A stretch of DNA of 63,065 nt, filler included, from Octopus bimaculoides (taxonomy: Eukaryota): the NCBI RefSeq assembly GCF_001194135.2. It is 9 parts of 9 records of this genome, joined end to end, with 100 filler letters (N's around TTAATTAATTAA, not from the genome) between each part and the next. Parts side by side here need not be neighbours in the genome. Positions count along the whole stretch, not along the records: positions 1 to 20,556 come from NC_068998.1; positions 20,657 to 22,936 come from NC_068993.1; positions 23,037 to 24,247 come from NW_026323564.1; positions 24,348 to 27,785 come from NC_068985.1; positions 27,886 to 41,937 come from NC_068983.1; 4 more parts are not named here. One strand, written 5' to 3'. Below the pieces are notes generated by a model. The model was given only the letters and a program-made list of their open reading frames with translations. It had not been told where the DNA came from and did no database searches. Below, in pieces: positions 18,830 through 32,690 of the stretch. How positions within the stretch are numbered: the stretch's first letter is position 1; each line of letters begins with the position of its first letter. The position numbers were made by a program, and so were the translations under genes.

Positions 18830-19200
18830 GTTGTTGGCATTCTGTCGCTTACAATGTCGAGGGTTCCAGTTGATCCGATCAACGGAACAGCCTGCTCATG
18901 AAATTAATGTGCAAGTGGCTGAGCACACCACAGACACATGTACTCTTAACGTAGTTCTCGGAGATATTCAGCGTGACACAATGTGACAAGGCTCACCCTT
19001 TAAATTACAGGCACAACAAAAACAGGAAGAAAGAATGAGAGAAAGTTGTGGTGAAAGAGTACAGCAGGGTTTGCCACCATCCCCTGCCGGAGCTTTAGGT
19101 GTTTTCAGTCAATAAACACTTACAGCGGCCGGTTTGGGAATCGAAACCGTGATCCCATGACCGCGAGTCCACTGCCCTAACCACTGGGCCATTGCACCTC
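18830..19200 (-). mobile_element. SINE family B copy
   Basis: Revcomp aligns to 12307-12692. Confidence 0.85.
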
Positions 19201-20556
19201 CACAGAATCATTAGTATACTAGACAAAATGCTTTGTTGGCATTTCTTCTGACTCTTTACATTCTGAGTTCAAATTGTGCCAATGTCATCGGCTTTACCTA
19301 TCACCCTTTCGCGGTCAATAAAAATAAGTACCAGTTGAGCACTTGGGTGGTTGTAATCAATTATCCCCTTCCCCTAAATTCCCCAAATTCCACACCTTGT
19401 ATACCTATAGGCCTAAAATTTCAGGCTTGTAACAGAAACCATTATTATTAGTTGGGGAGCTGGCAGAATCGTTAGCACACTGGATGAAATGCTCAGTAGT
19501 ATTTCATCTATCTTCATGTTCTGAGTTCAAATGCCACCGGGGTTGACTTTGCCTTTCATTCTTTTGGGGTCAGTAGAAAGGATTATTATTTGTTGGAAAT
19601 TCATGGGACAGAGTTCCTTTTGGTATTCAGTTGCATTTTGTATTTAAACTCCCAGGTGGATTTTGAACACAGACTGTAACTGTTACCATTTCAGGAAGAT
19701 GAATCTCAATAAAATACTGTAGCAGTCAATTACTGGAGTCATTTTAATTAACTGTGCCTCATCCCTTCCCACCTAAAATAAATAAGGCTTTGTGCCTAGT
19801 CTTGAAAGCATTAATCCTTATGAGGTTGCTCAGCATTTGCTAATTAAGACCATATTTCTTTATCATTTCCAGGAGTATTTTTGTACAGTGATTATATTTT
19901 ATGATTTTGTATGCAAAACTTAAGATATATATCAAACGTTTTTTGTTATACATATTGCACAGCACACTTTATGCATGTGTGTGTATATTATGCGTATATG
20001 TTTATATATATATATATATATATATATACATNNNNNNNNNNTATCATTCTTTTACTAGTTTCAGTAATTTGACTGCAGCCATGCTAGAGCACCACCTTGA
20101 AGGGTTTTAGTCGAACAAGTTGACCCCAGGGCTTATTTCTTAAGCTTAGTACTTATTCTATCGGTCTGTTTTGCCAAACACACCAACATCGGTTCTCAAG
20201 CAATGGTTGGGGGACAAACACATACAAAGACACTCACACACACACATATATATACACACAAACACACAGGCTTCTTTCAGTTTCTGTCTACTAAATCCAC
20301 TCACAAGGCTCTGGTTGGCCTGTGACTATAGCAGAAGGCACTTGTACTTGGTGTCATACAGTGGAACTGAAACCAGAACCATGTGGTTGGGAAGCAAGCT
20401 TCTTACCACACAATCACTATATATATATATATATATATATAAATGTACACACACACACACACACATATATACATATGCATATTTATATATATAGATATAT
20501 AGATATATATATAATAATAATATAGATTTAATCGAAAGATTAAATGTGGTACTTAA

Positions 20557-20656
20557 NNNNNNNNNNNNNNNNNNNNNNNNNNNNNNNNNNNNNNNNNNNN
20601 TTAATTAATTAANNNNNNNNNNNNNNNNNNNNNNNNNNNNNNNNNNNNNNNNNNNN
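20557..20656. other. Artificial 100-nt scaffold join pad (44 N + TTAATTAATTAA + 44 N); first of eight
   Basis: Identical 12-mer cores at 20601, 22981, 24292, 27830, 41982, 45859, 52638 and 58066, each set in a ~44-N flank on both sides. The palindrome gives stop codons in all six frames. Confidence 0.95.
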
Positions 20657-20960
20657 GGTTGTGTTCCATTTGTATCTTTGACAACAATCTCCTCAAATTT
20701 CTTGTTAGCTCCTCTGTATACCCGGATTCTATCTTTCTGGCTGTATCCCGAAAATTGCATGCGATGCATGAAGTCTTGAATATGTTTTTGCCCCTCCCAT
20801 GGACTGCACAGGGGGATATGTTTTTCATTATTCTAACCAAATCGGCTACTAATATGTTGATTTTCACACTGTGTGATAGAGCCGAATTCTTATGGATAAC
20901 ATACTTTGAAGATATAGGTTTCATATAATGTGAGTGGAGGATTTGAACTTTGTCATTAAT
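20657..20960 (-). mobile_element. Penelope-like element RT C-terminal (thumb) fragment
   Basis: YMKPISSKYVIHKNSALSHSVKINILVADLVRIMKNIS...IESGYTEE resembles the recalled PLE pattern Y.KP.S..YVIH..SA....K......R...N.S...SGY. Confidence 0.5.
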
Positions 20961-22600
20961 TGTTTCTAGCCAAAGTTCTGATCGCATTGCCTGACTGGCA
21001 GAGAGCAGTGAGTGCCTAACAACATTCCAGATGCCAGTCACCCTGCCTCGGTCTCTTCTTGACTCAGGACTGCAGCTGTGGAAAGGCTTATTTGACAAAC
21101 GGCGACCACACCCGATCTCCATTTAGGCAGAATATCTGGAGATACCGCAGCCACAGCACACATCTGCGCATCATTAGCCACGGCATGCCGAGCCCTCCGC
21201 GCAGAGGGTGTTAGCAGCAGACTGACCGCCTCACTGTCTCCTCCACAAGAATTTGAAGAGGAGGCGCTCCAAATTTGCGAGGCGCAATCGGGGGCAAGGC
21301 ACGGCAGTCGAGCGGTAGTAGATAACGAACGCAATGTACGCATTCGCCACCTCCACCCGAGCTTTCAGTGACAGCTTCCTCTCATCCCATTTCTGGATGA
21401 GACTGGCTATCCTACTCGTCACCTCGTCTTAGTTCTTATCCATCTGGAGGTCTGATCTGAACCAAGCAACTTCTGCAATAAAGGATCAAGAATCAATACA
21501 TACAGAAGTGAGGAGAGAAGGCACACTTGAGGGACTGATCGGGAGATCTGAAATGGTTCCGAGAGGTGGCCATTAACTTTGACTACTGAGTAGATACCGC
21601 TGTGCATTGCAGCGACCAAACCTCTGAAGACGGGGCCGAAATCAGCCGGTTTGAAGACAGCCTCTAGATATCGATAGTCAACCCTATCGAATGCTTTTGA
21701 TTGATCTAAATTGATCAGCACCCAACCGAAGCCAGGTTTGCACCCTACCCTTTCTATGATGTATTGCATGGGGTAGAGGTTGTCGAGTATAGACCTAGTC
21801 GAGATTGCGCAGGTTTGCGCCGCACCTCCTCAACCAAATCCTCGACGGCAAGCACCAATCTCTTTGCTAATACTTTGGCCAAAATCTTAAACTCTGTGCT
21901 AAGCAGAGTTATGGGCCTGAAGTTATCTAATGTGTCCCACTTGTTTTCGTCTTTCCTTATCAGCGTCACTACGACCCGGCTCACAGAACTGGGAATACTC
22001 TCGATCTGCTACCAGTTAGCATAGAGCGCTTCGAGGAGATCGGGGAACAAGTTTGGCATATTTACGTAAAGTTCAAAGGGTAGACCATCTAAACCAGGTG
22101 ACTTGCAACTCGTGAAACCGACAAGGGCATCCTGAATTTCAGCTGAAGTTATCTGCCTTTCACAGCGCTCCGCGCCGGCCGTCGAGAGACGCAGCAATAC
22201 GTAGAGGTAGGAACTGAAGTCCGCTACCATCTTTGCCTTGTCACTCTTTCCGAACAACCGAGCTGGCAAAAGGCCTCACACATCTGCCTGGAATCGCTCA
22301 GCTCGTGTCCGTCTCGGTCCGTCAAAAACTGAATTGTGGATTTGTTACTAGGCTGCACCTCCACCACGTGGGCCCATCGAACAGTTTTGATCCCCTCGTT
22401 TCTTAGAGCACGGCTCTTAACTCTGACAATGCATCCTTCATGTTTCGCATTGAAGAACTGGTCTAATGCCATTCTTGCTGCTAGCACGTCGGTTGCAAAG
22501 TCACTACAAATAGCCTCGTCTAATTTAGCTACTAACCCCTTTTCCTTTCTATTTTTTCTAACACTATTTTCTAATACTATCAACATTCAGTTCTATATTT
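20960..22600 (-). mobile_element. Tx1/L1-clade LINE ORF2 fragment (RT region), frameshifted
   Basis: Consecutive minus-strand pieces: KSPGLDGLPFELY, VVTLIRK..NFRPITLLSTEFKILAKVLAKRL, LINLDQSKAFDRVD, QVCLLSSLLYVLILDPLL, KWDERKLSLKARVEVAN...LFKFLW. Confidence 0.9.
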
Positions 22601-22716
22601 AAGAGATGAGGAATTANNNNNNNNNNNNNNNNNNNNNNNNNNNNNNNNNNNNNNNNNNNNNNNNNNNNNNNNNNNNNNNNNNNNNNNNNNNNNNNNNNNN
22701 NNNNNNNNNNNNNNNN

Positions 22717-22936
22717 ATATGGATGATTTAAAGCTATATGGCAAAGATGATGAAGAGCTTCAAGGATTATCACATACTGTGAAAGAATTCAGTGATGATA
22801 TCGGGATGGAGTTTGGCCTTGAAAAGTGTGCCAAAGCCACTTTTAAGAAAGGGAAACTAGTAAAGTCAAGTTCAATAGAATTAGACGTCGAAACAGTAAT
22901 AAAAGAACTTGAGCAGGAATAAACCTATAAATACCT
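22717..22936 (+). mobile_element. R4/Dong-like LINE RT core fragment (small contig between gaps)
   Basis: YMDDLKLYGK...FSDDIGMEFGLEKCAKATFKKGKL...*TYKYL; contains the RT catalytic YxDD motif. Confidence 0.8.
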
Positions 22937-24587
22937 NNNNNNNNNNNNNNNNNNNNNNNNNNNNNNNNNNNNNNNNNNNNTTAATTAATTAANNNNNNNN
23001 NNNNNNNNNNNNNNNNNNNNNNNNNNNNNNNNNNNNGTGTGTGTATTTTGTATGTAGTTAGGGTAAATCCTAGCTATCATACATACATATTTTTTTATAT
23101 ATATAATATGTAGTTATGGTCAATCCCAGCTGTTACATTTCTATATATAACAGGTCAGAAAATTTTCGTAAGAGACATGAACAGTATATGTGTCAGCAGT
23201 TATGCTAATGCAAAATAAACTAACTCTGGGGTAGTACAAATATGTTGCAGTTTACCATGGATACAAAATTGATTAGAGCTAGAAATACATATCGACCTGC
23301 CCACAGAGGGCACTTTGCACTGATAATTGTGAATTTACCTTTTATCTTTGTGAGAATTTTTCCTCTGCAATAAACTGCAGTGAATAGTTGCCTTCAGAAT
23401 GTCCCAACTGACTTTGAGTGATATGTGTTTATTTGTGTGTGTGGTTGCCTCCCAATGACATGGTTATAGTTTCAGTCCCACTTCATGATACTTTTGGCAA
23501 GTGTCTTCTATAGACCCTGGTGAATCAAAGCCTTGAAAGGATATTTTAAATTTAATTTATTAACATTGTAATATAATTGTACTATAATATAATATAATAT
23601 AATATAATAAAATACAAAAACAAATATTAGTCCAACTAGTTTTTTGATTCATACCCAATAATGAATTCATAAAAACTGAATTCAGTCTATTCTATGATTT
23701 AGCAATCCTTACATATAATTTTTGTCTGTTTTTTGTCTGTTTTTTTTGGGGGGGGGGGTATTTTTATTTTGGAGCCTGGTGTTGCCATCCAGTTTCACCA
23801 GTCCTCAGTCAAATCGTCCAACCCATGCTAGCATGGAAAGCAGACGTTAAACGATGATGATGACTTATTTTTTTTTTGCAAATATTACCCTGGTGACATT
23901 CATACCCATAAACATGAATTTTTTATAAATTCATTATTGAGTATGAATGGGAACACCTTGTAAGACTAATATATGTTTTTGCATTCTTATTTTATTTTAT
24001 TATAATATATTATATTATAGTAAAATTAAATTATAATGTTAATAAATTAAATTTAGAATATGTCAATCGTATATTTCTATTTTCTTTTAATCTTTCTATA
24101 TTCAATATATACCCTTTTAAGTTGTGATAATTTTTTTTTGTCTGCCATATTTGGGTATTTAACTGAAGAACCAGTGGAAAATTGGATGTTTTCCATCCTT
24201 TTAAAGGAAACTGTTTTTCCTTGGATTGAATATATACATATATATATNNNNNNNNNNNNNNNNNNNNNNNNNNNNNNNNNNNNNNNNNNNNTTAATTAAT
24301 TAANNNNNNNNNNNNNNNNNNNNNNNNNNNNNNNNNNNNNNNNNNNNAGAGAGAGAGAGAGAGAGAGAGAAGAAAGAGAGAGAGGTTGAGAGGTAATAGT
24401 GTCAATAAGACCCAAAGGTGTCAGGTAATGCTGAGTAAGTGCTATGGACAGACTATAGTTAAATTCCAGGTTCGGTGATTATGCAAATGAGGAGTCCAAC
24501 TTAGGTCATATATCAGCATGAGTATATATAAAAAAAAATTCAGAATGAGATAAAAATCCAAGGCTGTGAAAGGCTATTTATAAATAG

Positions 24588-24635
24588 GTCTTACAGCTAT
24601 TTCCGGGATATTTTATATATACCTTCATCGGAGAC
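24588..24635 (-). ncRNA. Minimal type I hammerhead ribozyme-like motif (one core mismatch), probably from a Penelope-like terminal repeat
   Basis: Minus strand: GTCT-CCGATGA-a-GGTATAT ataaa ATATCCC-g-GAAAT-AGCT-GTA-AGAC. Stem I is GTCT/AGAC; stem II is 7 bp with one mismatch; stem III is very short with a palindromic AGCT loop; the cleavage triplet is GUA. The core is CCGAUGA instead of CUGAUGA. Confidence 0.55.
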
Positions 24636-25433
24636 GGTGTGAGAAAATGGTTAAGCAATAGTTATTGTAGATATTGAGGAGGAGGAGGAGGGGAGGAAGA
24701 GGGGGAGGAGAACGAGAAGCAGAAAGAGGAGGAGGACGACGACGACAGTGACGAGATTCGTCTCACCAGTACAGGACAGCTACTTTATTTACCAACCCAG
24801 AAAGGATGAAAAGTAAGCTGTGCCTAGTAGCGAATTTCGCACCTAGACCTCAAGAACACTGCAAGGCGCTCTCACGACTTTTTTGTCTCCTGCTACAACC
24901 TTAGCTTCACCGAAATCCTTTGTGTAGACTTTTGGAGCCGGAAACTATGTGTTGACCTGTTAGGTCGTATCTGTCTGTTTTTGTAATTATATTTAATCCA
25001 TTACTCGGTCTAACACAACAATTTTGGTCCTGGGGTACCCTTAGCAGACTGCACTCAGATGTACAAACACTCAGACTAGTATGGAGATAAAACAACTTCT
25101 ACAATAACCAATGGTTTATGATTCATCCCGCCCCATTTACATTTACAAGTGTCTGAAACCCTACAAAACTTCTGGGCACTGTACTTCCGTTTCTGGTTAA
25201 ATCATGACAAAATTGAACTAAAAATAATTGTTTCTATACGATTTTTGAGAGAAAAATGTTAAAATGTATATATTTTATATATTAAGAAGCCAGAATTGGA
25301 GGTGAATTTAAACAAAATTTAGTTTTTGATTTATATTTAACTTAACTAATCTATCAGTTTTCAGAAACTCTATTTCGAGAAAAAATAGCTTTTAAAGAAT
25401 TCTTTTCAGGAAATCTTTTACGCGCGCGCGCAG

Positions 25434-25500
<67 letters not shown>

Positions 25501-25788
25501 TGTGCGCGTGTGTATGTGAGTGTGTGCATGCGTGTGTGTGTGGATGCGCGCACGCGCGTGTGATTGTATGTATGTGTAAGATTGTACGAGTGCGTGCGTT
25601 GTGTGTATGTGACTGTATGTATGTGTGAGACTGTATGTGCGTGTGGATGCGTTGTGTGTATTTGCGTGTGCATTTATGTATGCATGTTCGCAATATGTGT
25701 ATATTTGTATGTATACATAAGATTTCGTGTGTGTGTATATGTGTGTGTATAAGATTTCATGTGTGTGTGTGTATAATATATATATCTA

Positions 25789-25844
<56 letters not shown>

Positions 25845-25946
25845 NNNNNNNNNNNNNNNNNNNNNNNNNNNNNNNNNNNNNNNNNNNNNNNNNNNNNNNN
25901 NNNNNNNNNNNNNNNNNNNNNNNNNNNNNNNNNNNNNNNNNNNNNN

Positions 25947-25980
<34 letters not shown>

Positions 25981-27671
25981 GTATATATATACATACACAC
26001 ACATATATATACATACACATATATACTTACATGCATGCATACATATAAGTATATGCATGTATGTGTGTGTGTGTGTGTGTGTGGTGTGTGTGTGTGGTGT
26101 GTGTGTGTGGAGAGAAGGAGAGAGAGACGAGGCGGAGGAAGAAAGAGATACCTGAATTTAACATCGAATTTAACATTCAATATACGTTATTTTTGTTCTC
26201 TGAAATACAGACTTATGTCGTGATCTCTGCTAGGTTGACACAGCAGATACTTCTTGTGTCTTCTCTACACAGAAGGCAAAAAATAACTACTAAGTTAAAG
26301 GAATGTTTGGAAAGTTATTAAAAGACGAGGCTACCTTAAATGTGATACTTGAGAATCTAAGACGACTGTGTTCACCACCGTAATATTACTAACGTGAAAT
26401 TTAAAACGTCACTGTCTCTGTTTCTATAGTGTTAGCATATACGGTCACCTGAATCAAGCGTACATATGTATGTATGTATATTGACTAACCATAGTAGGTT
26501 ATCTAACATAAAAATAATTCTTTGTACAATAAGCACAAGGCCTGAAATTTGGGGGAGGGGGCTAACCGATTATATCGATCCCAGTGTTCAACTGGTACTT
26601 ATTTCATCGACCCCGAAAGGATGAAAGGTAAAGTCGACCTCGGCAGAACTTGAACTCAGAACGACAGACGAAAGACTGCTAAGCATATCGCCTGGCGTGC
26701 TAACAATTCTGCTAGCTCGTCGCCTTTACTAACACAAAAAATTATAACACTTAACAATTCTTGCGAAGATATTTGGACAAATGTCATCGAAAAGTTAGTC
26801 GCTAACTTCCGGTTTTCTTGGATTGTTTGCTTTCTATTTTTTTCTACTTCAAAATATAGTTGTAATTATTTCATTCTTATTTCAACATTAAATACTACGG
26901 CGAACATGTAACTTATTAATTTTAAAGATCACTTAGGCGAATCAAGATATAGTTAGCTATTAGATAAATGGCCAGCTGGTAACACTTTTCTCCGAAACTC
27001 TTGAAATATAAGGGTCTTTCATTCTTGTAGCTGATAAGGAGAATCTTTCTCGAAATATTATAGAATCATTAAACAACCTGTATAAAGTGATACAATATCT
27101 TTTCTCTTTCTATTCATTTATTCACATCACCATATATATATATATATATANNNNNNNNNNNNNNNNNNNNNNNNNNNNNNNNNNNNNNNNNNNNNNNNNN
27201 NNNNNNNNNNNNNNNNNNNNNNNNNNNNNNNNNNNNNNNNNNNNNNNNNNNNNNNNNNNNNNNNNNNNNNNNNNNNNNNNNNNNNNNNNNNNNNNNNNNN
27301 NNNNNNNNNNNNATATTGGTTTACTTCTCACCTGCATTACTCAAAGATTTTCTTTCTTTTATCTTTGAACATTCATATTATTTATACATGTTGCAATGCT
27401 TCAAGCAAATTACAATACTCTTTTAGAATTTTTGATATTGATAAACTCTGAAAACATCAAATTCAAAAATATATACAATTGGATGATTATTGAAAAAGTT
27501 TATGTAACTATAAAATAAAACTCATTCCATTTGTCATCTCGTGGGATGGATTATTGTCAGCTAGAAGCAAGAAGCGTTCCACAATGAAAGGTCTCTAAAA
27601 TAAGTATATCTAAACATCTGTCATCAAAGACAATACGGAAATTCTCAATTCTCTTAAGTAAGTTAAAAGAA

Positions 27672-27703
<32 letters not shown>

Positions 27704-29002
27704 TATACGTGCATGCATTCATATGTGTGTGTATATACATACATATGTATGTATGCGTCTATACATACATGTATATATATATATANNNNNNNNNNNNNNN
27801 NNNNNNNNNNNNNNNNNNNNNNNNNNNNNTTAATTAATTAANNNNNNNNNNNNNNNNNNNNNNNNNNNNNNNNNNNNNNNNNNNNATATATATATATATA
27901 TAGTTATGGGCTACAAATAGTTTCATACATTGAAACATTGAAAATATTGTCGAGACAGTATTCAAAACTCGCCTATTGTCTTCAAGTTATCATCAGGCTC
28001 TATGCACATTAGAAATGAGGACAAATGAACAAGACAAACCACGAGAAAGATAAAACGAAATAAAGCAGGGTGTATAAAAAGTAAAGAAAAACTGGAGTTC
28101 TTTCACTAAGGCGATGCATTGGAAACTTCACATGACTATGGGATAAGTTAAATTTTGAATTCATTCATTTATACATCAATAGCGAAATTTAGTTCATACG
28201 AATGTGTACTGCCATTTAGAGCAATTTTGAGTTTAACCGTCAATATTTGTGTCACACGGAAAATGTGAGATTGTCTGTGTGTAGCTGTTAGCTTATTCTT
28301 GATAAAATGATACTGAATAACAGTCGTCATAGTATACTGCCTTGAGGTACATTAGGTATTATCTTGACGTAAAACAGACATGGCACTTGCAAACACAGAT
28401 TGATAATGTCCAAGAGCTATATACCGTGCTTTGAAGAGATAGGAAGATCCCTTAATCGATGACAGATATTTGCAAGAAGAATGGTTCTAATGATATTTGC
28501 AAAAACCATGATATTTGCAACCAATATACGTTCTCATAATGCGATTGTTGTGAGAAGTGTTAATAGATTATAGAAACTGAAGCCGATAACTTTGAACTCT
28601 TCAAAAACCAGGTAGTGTATCACCAAAGAGATTATTTTCCTAGCGATAGTCGTTTATTCTTTATCGGATAATGCTTTCTGCAACTCTTAATGTGTGGAAT
28701 ATAAAAGAAAAAGGTCCGTAATTTTAGTATAATCCACTGTATATAGATGTTGGGCTGCATATACATAAATATACACTGACACATATACTTATGCATATAT
28801 ATACATACATTTAGACATGCACATACACACGCAAACACACGAGCACGTATATCTAAACATGTTTAATCACATATATAGATATATTGGTGCATATAAATAC
28901 ATATATACCTTGCTAGGTCGGCATAATCCGCACTCCCAAACAATATTATTTGAATATGGAATATCAAAACTTCGTACAGGGGTGTTTTTACCCGATATTC
29001 TT

Positions 29003-29035
<33 letters not shown>

Positions 29036-30837
29036 CAGAGTAAGCACATAAATGTATCTTTATCATTATTTTTAAGAATCATTCAATGATATTAAGACAA
29101 CTTTTATTATTTTCTAACTTGAAGCGATACAACGGATTGTAATACCCGTTGCACTAGAGAACAGCTGGCAAATGGAGGCTTATTTAATAGAGCAGCTTTA
29201 ACTCGATATATTACTAACTGTCAAAATGAGAATCAAAGAAAGAGATGAAGCGAATGGATTTAGTAGATTTGATATCAATTCAATCAATCTTGGCCTTTAT
29301 ATTTAAAAATCTAACAATGACATTGAGACAACTTTTATCATTTTCTAATTTTAAGTGTTACATCGTTATGCCTTGACAATTGCATACAAGGACATCAGAC
29401 AATTAAACAATAATGCAGCTCAACAGTTGTAGATCACTGTTTTCATCACTATCGATGATTTTATATTCGATATTTGTAAATTGTATGCAATTATCTGAAT
29501 AAAATCAACGAACAATATGCGATATTATAAGCAGTAATTTAAAGAGAACATCGATATATACTACTGAAAAAACCCAGAATTTATCTCTTGCTTGTCAGAT
29601 GTGTTTCGAAATCTGTTCTGTATAAAATGCATGCTTATAATATCCGATATATCTAGCAATACATAATGATTTTTTTGAGTTATCATTATTTGGTGTTATT
29701 TGATTCCCATAAAATGTTACTGATATAAGATACATCTCAGTGTAGAGCACAAGTTGAATACAGTGTTCGACGTAGATGTCAGATGCATAATTGATATATT
29801 GAGCAGTATTTCAACCTAAGTAAAGATAATTACAGAGCAAAATTCATCTTCTATGTGATTAATTCTACTCAGTGTTGCTCAGTATAATCATGAGAAACAA
29901 ACCTGAAAGTTTTATTGTGCATCGGTTTTGTTACACTTCTCATACGAGGGGCAGTTTAACCTGGTGATGTCTAAGATATTCGTTTGATATACGCGATCCA
30001 CCAGTATGAACTGATGGTAAAGAAAACGTCACTGTTGAAGAGAAAATTAATTAATTCAAACGAGACGAAAACCTTTTAAAATAGTTGACGTAAATGGACG
30101 TTATCTCACACTGAGTGCTGACTTCAACCGGCGCGATGACCGTTGCCGCGCGTAGGAAAGCGAATGAATCACCGCCGTAAACTTGTTAAAGCGGTTGATG
30201 TAATTATATGCCGAACCATTGTCGTGCGGAAATTGCTGATCTCAGCGGAAATGATTACCGTCAATGCAACCTAGTTGCTTGATTTTAAAACAAAAACCGT
30301 TGTGATCCACTTATTGACAATATGGTCTACGTTTTGCATTACTTGTCTAGCAGTTATTGTTGAGTTTCAATGAGCTGGGTAGTTTATAGGATTTTTGTGA
30401 ATAATCATAGAACGGTGTTATAATTGAAACGACTGAATAAAGAAATATGTACACTAATGATACCTATTGTATAATAATAGCTTATCACGACGGCACTAAA
30501 TGGCTGACAACTTATAAACATAAAATAGCAGTGAAAAGAACACAATATATTCGTTCACTTTAAGTTTGATCCATACGGTAATTAACATAGCAGTTCAAAT
30601 ATTAGTTATATGACATTTACATAGCGGTTAATATAGCAGAATCGGGTCATTAATTATATTTTCGATCGTTCTTTTAGTGGGAAATGTCCAGATACTTCAG
30701 TAATAAAATTGCTCGCTAAAAACATTAGAATGAACAAATATATCTCATCTGCAAGATACAATACTTGATCGAAAAAAATGGTATATATTTTATATATCTA
30801 TCATGTTTATGTACATAGATACATAAACACACACACG

Positions 30838-30897
<60 letters not shown>

Positions 30898-32041
30898 NNN
30901 NNNNNNNNNNNNNNNNNNNNNNNNNNNNNNNNNNNNNNNNNNNNNNNNNNNNNNNNNNNNNNNNNNNNNNNNNNNNNNNNNNNNNNNNNNNNNNNNNNNN
31001 NNNNNNNNNNNNNNNNNNNNNNNNNNNNNNNNNNNNNNNNTAGAGAACGATGTTTTTAGCCTCAGGAAAACAAACCTCTCCTCCAGCTGCCTTACGACAC
31101 ATTGTCTGTGTCCGATTAGTATTTGCGAGCGGAGGTCATCGCTGCTATCTCTAGCCTTACGTGATACACACGGACCCGGCTTCTGAATATTTAATTTCAT
31201 GCATAATTGTTTATATATCTTCATTTTTCTACCATCATATTTTATACGCTACATCTATAAAAAATTCAATTTTCTTATGATTATTATATCTTAAAGTATT
31301 GCTTTTTATTCTTCATCTGTTCATTTAACTGTTAAATTTATCTTAACGCTATAACATTGTAACTATGCTAAATTGTAGTAGTCGCCTTGTTTATTCCCTG
31401 GGTTTCATTCCCACTCCTATTTTATAATATTTATTCCATTTGTTTTTAAAGTCTTCTGTCTTCAATACGGTAATGAATATAAGTAGAATCAACTTCTCCT
31501 ATTTCCTTCTTCGCATTATCCTCCCGTCCCCATCACCCACTCTCTTATTACTACGTTACGCCTTGTCCATCTGCGAAGATAAAACCGAGGTATCGTTCCA
31601 TCACATATGACACTTAGTAGGCTGACCTGACATTAATTACTTTTCTCACCACTGACCAATAGACATAAACAACTTCCTTAATATATAAATCTAGACGATT
31701 GAAACCGATCCTTCCTTTATTGTTAGAAGTATAGATAACTGGGTCACTTGAGTTCAATTACTTCTTTCCCATACTATAAGCTATGCTGGCCCATTTGTTT
31801 TCTTTGTTCTGGCCAAATATACACTATTCTGCCAAATGAATATTAGCAGAGTTATTTTAAATGTTTGGCTCCGTGAATTTGTAACTATGTTAAATAAATC
31901 GAATTGTCCTTAATGTTTGAAGCTCATGAATTCATCAGGCGAAAAGTTTCTTTACCATGATGTAATGTTTTCATTAATCGGTTAAAGGAGTCGTTAGAAA
32001 CGGCAGTAATGGGCTGACACATGTACCTCTTTGTTACTTTA

Positions 32042-32076
<35 letters not shown>

Positions 32077-32289
32077 NNNNNNNNNNNNNNNNNNNNNNNN
32101 NNNNNNNNNNNNNNNNNNNNNNNNNNNNNNNNNNNNNNNNNNNNNNNNNNNNNNNNNNNNNNNNNNNNNNNNNNNNNNNNNNNNNNNNNNATAAATATAA
32201 AGTCAGATAAACTTAGATATGTTTCGACCAAAGATTGGTCCAGGCTATGTCTAACTTAATAGCATCACCTGATAGGATTATCTAAATCC

Positions 32290-32690
32290 TTTTTACAGTC
32301 AAGTTTTGTTTATGGTCCATTCAAGTAGTGAGTTCTTATTGAGTGAGTTGTATCCAGGTATGGGTGGCTTGTCTGATATTCCTTGAAGAAATCTCTCTAA
32401 ACGCCGTTTAAAGCTGATAGGATCCTTTTCCTCTTTTTTTCTGTTTCGGGACAATGTTAAACAGGGCAGGGCCTATTGAGGAAAAGAAATCATGCCACAG
32501 TGTACCTATATGTTGTGATCCTGAATTGGGCAGGGGACGTATGGATCGTGGTCCCAGCCTTAGATGAACCTTGAAACTAATGTTCAGCTTGTTTGGGCAA
32601 TGCTGGTGGTATATATAAATTTTACAGGTTCAATATGTAATCTACATTCTTTTTCATCCTCTTGGGTATATTAATGATGATTGCCTTGAC
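32290..32690 (-). mobile_element. CR1/L2-group LINE 3' end, decayed
   Basis: HLRLGPRSIRP...TLWHDFFSSIGPALFNIVPK / DPISFKRRLERFLQGISDKPPIPGYNSLNKNSLLEW resembles CR1-like ORF2 C-termini (SF...GP.LFN.LP...FKR.LD.FL..IPD.P...Y...NSL). Confidence 0.65.

Larger units (their letters stand above)
17300..19600. mobile_element. Nested pile of about 10 retro/rolling-circle elements separated by ATT repeats
   Basis: In order: SINE A (+), SINE A (-), R4-like LINE end, HINE-like element, SINE A x2, SINE B (-), SINE A x2, mostly with (ATT)n at the boundaries. Confidence 0.8.

Noticed and set aside
23930-23970. YE-GNT-like bases as a possible DBNL exon 2
   Set aside because: Out of frame, no acceptor, and it lies in one arm of an AT-rich inverted repeat (~23645-23680 vs 23918-23952).
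26290-26385. Short protein-like ORF MFGKLLKDEATLNVILENLRRLCSP
   Set aside because: No recognisable family, an upstream in-frame stop and weak splice signals.
29990-30290. Cadherin-like snippets (DPPV.TDGKENVTVEE, FKIVDVNGRYLTLSADFNR, LVKAVD)
   Set aside because: Motif spacing is too short for a cadherin repeat and several frameshifts/stops are needed; likely chance.
32212-32255. Hammerhead-like GACCAA-TCT-TTGGTC-GAAAC hairpin on the minus strand
   Set aside because: The CUGAUGA core is absent and stem III is mismatched; insufficient support.
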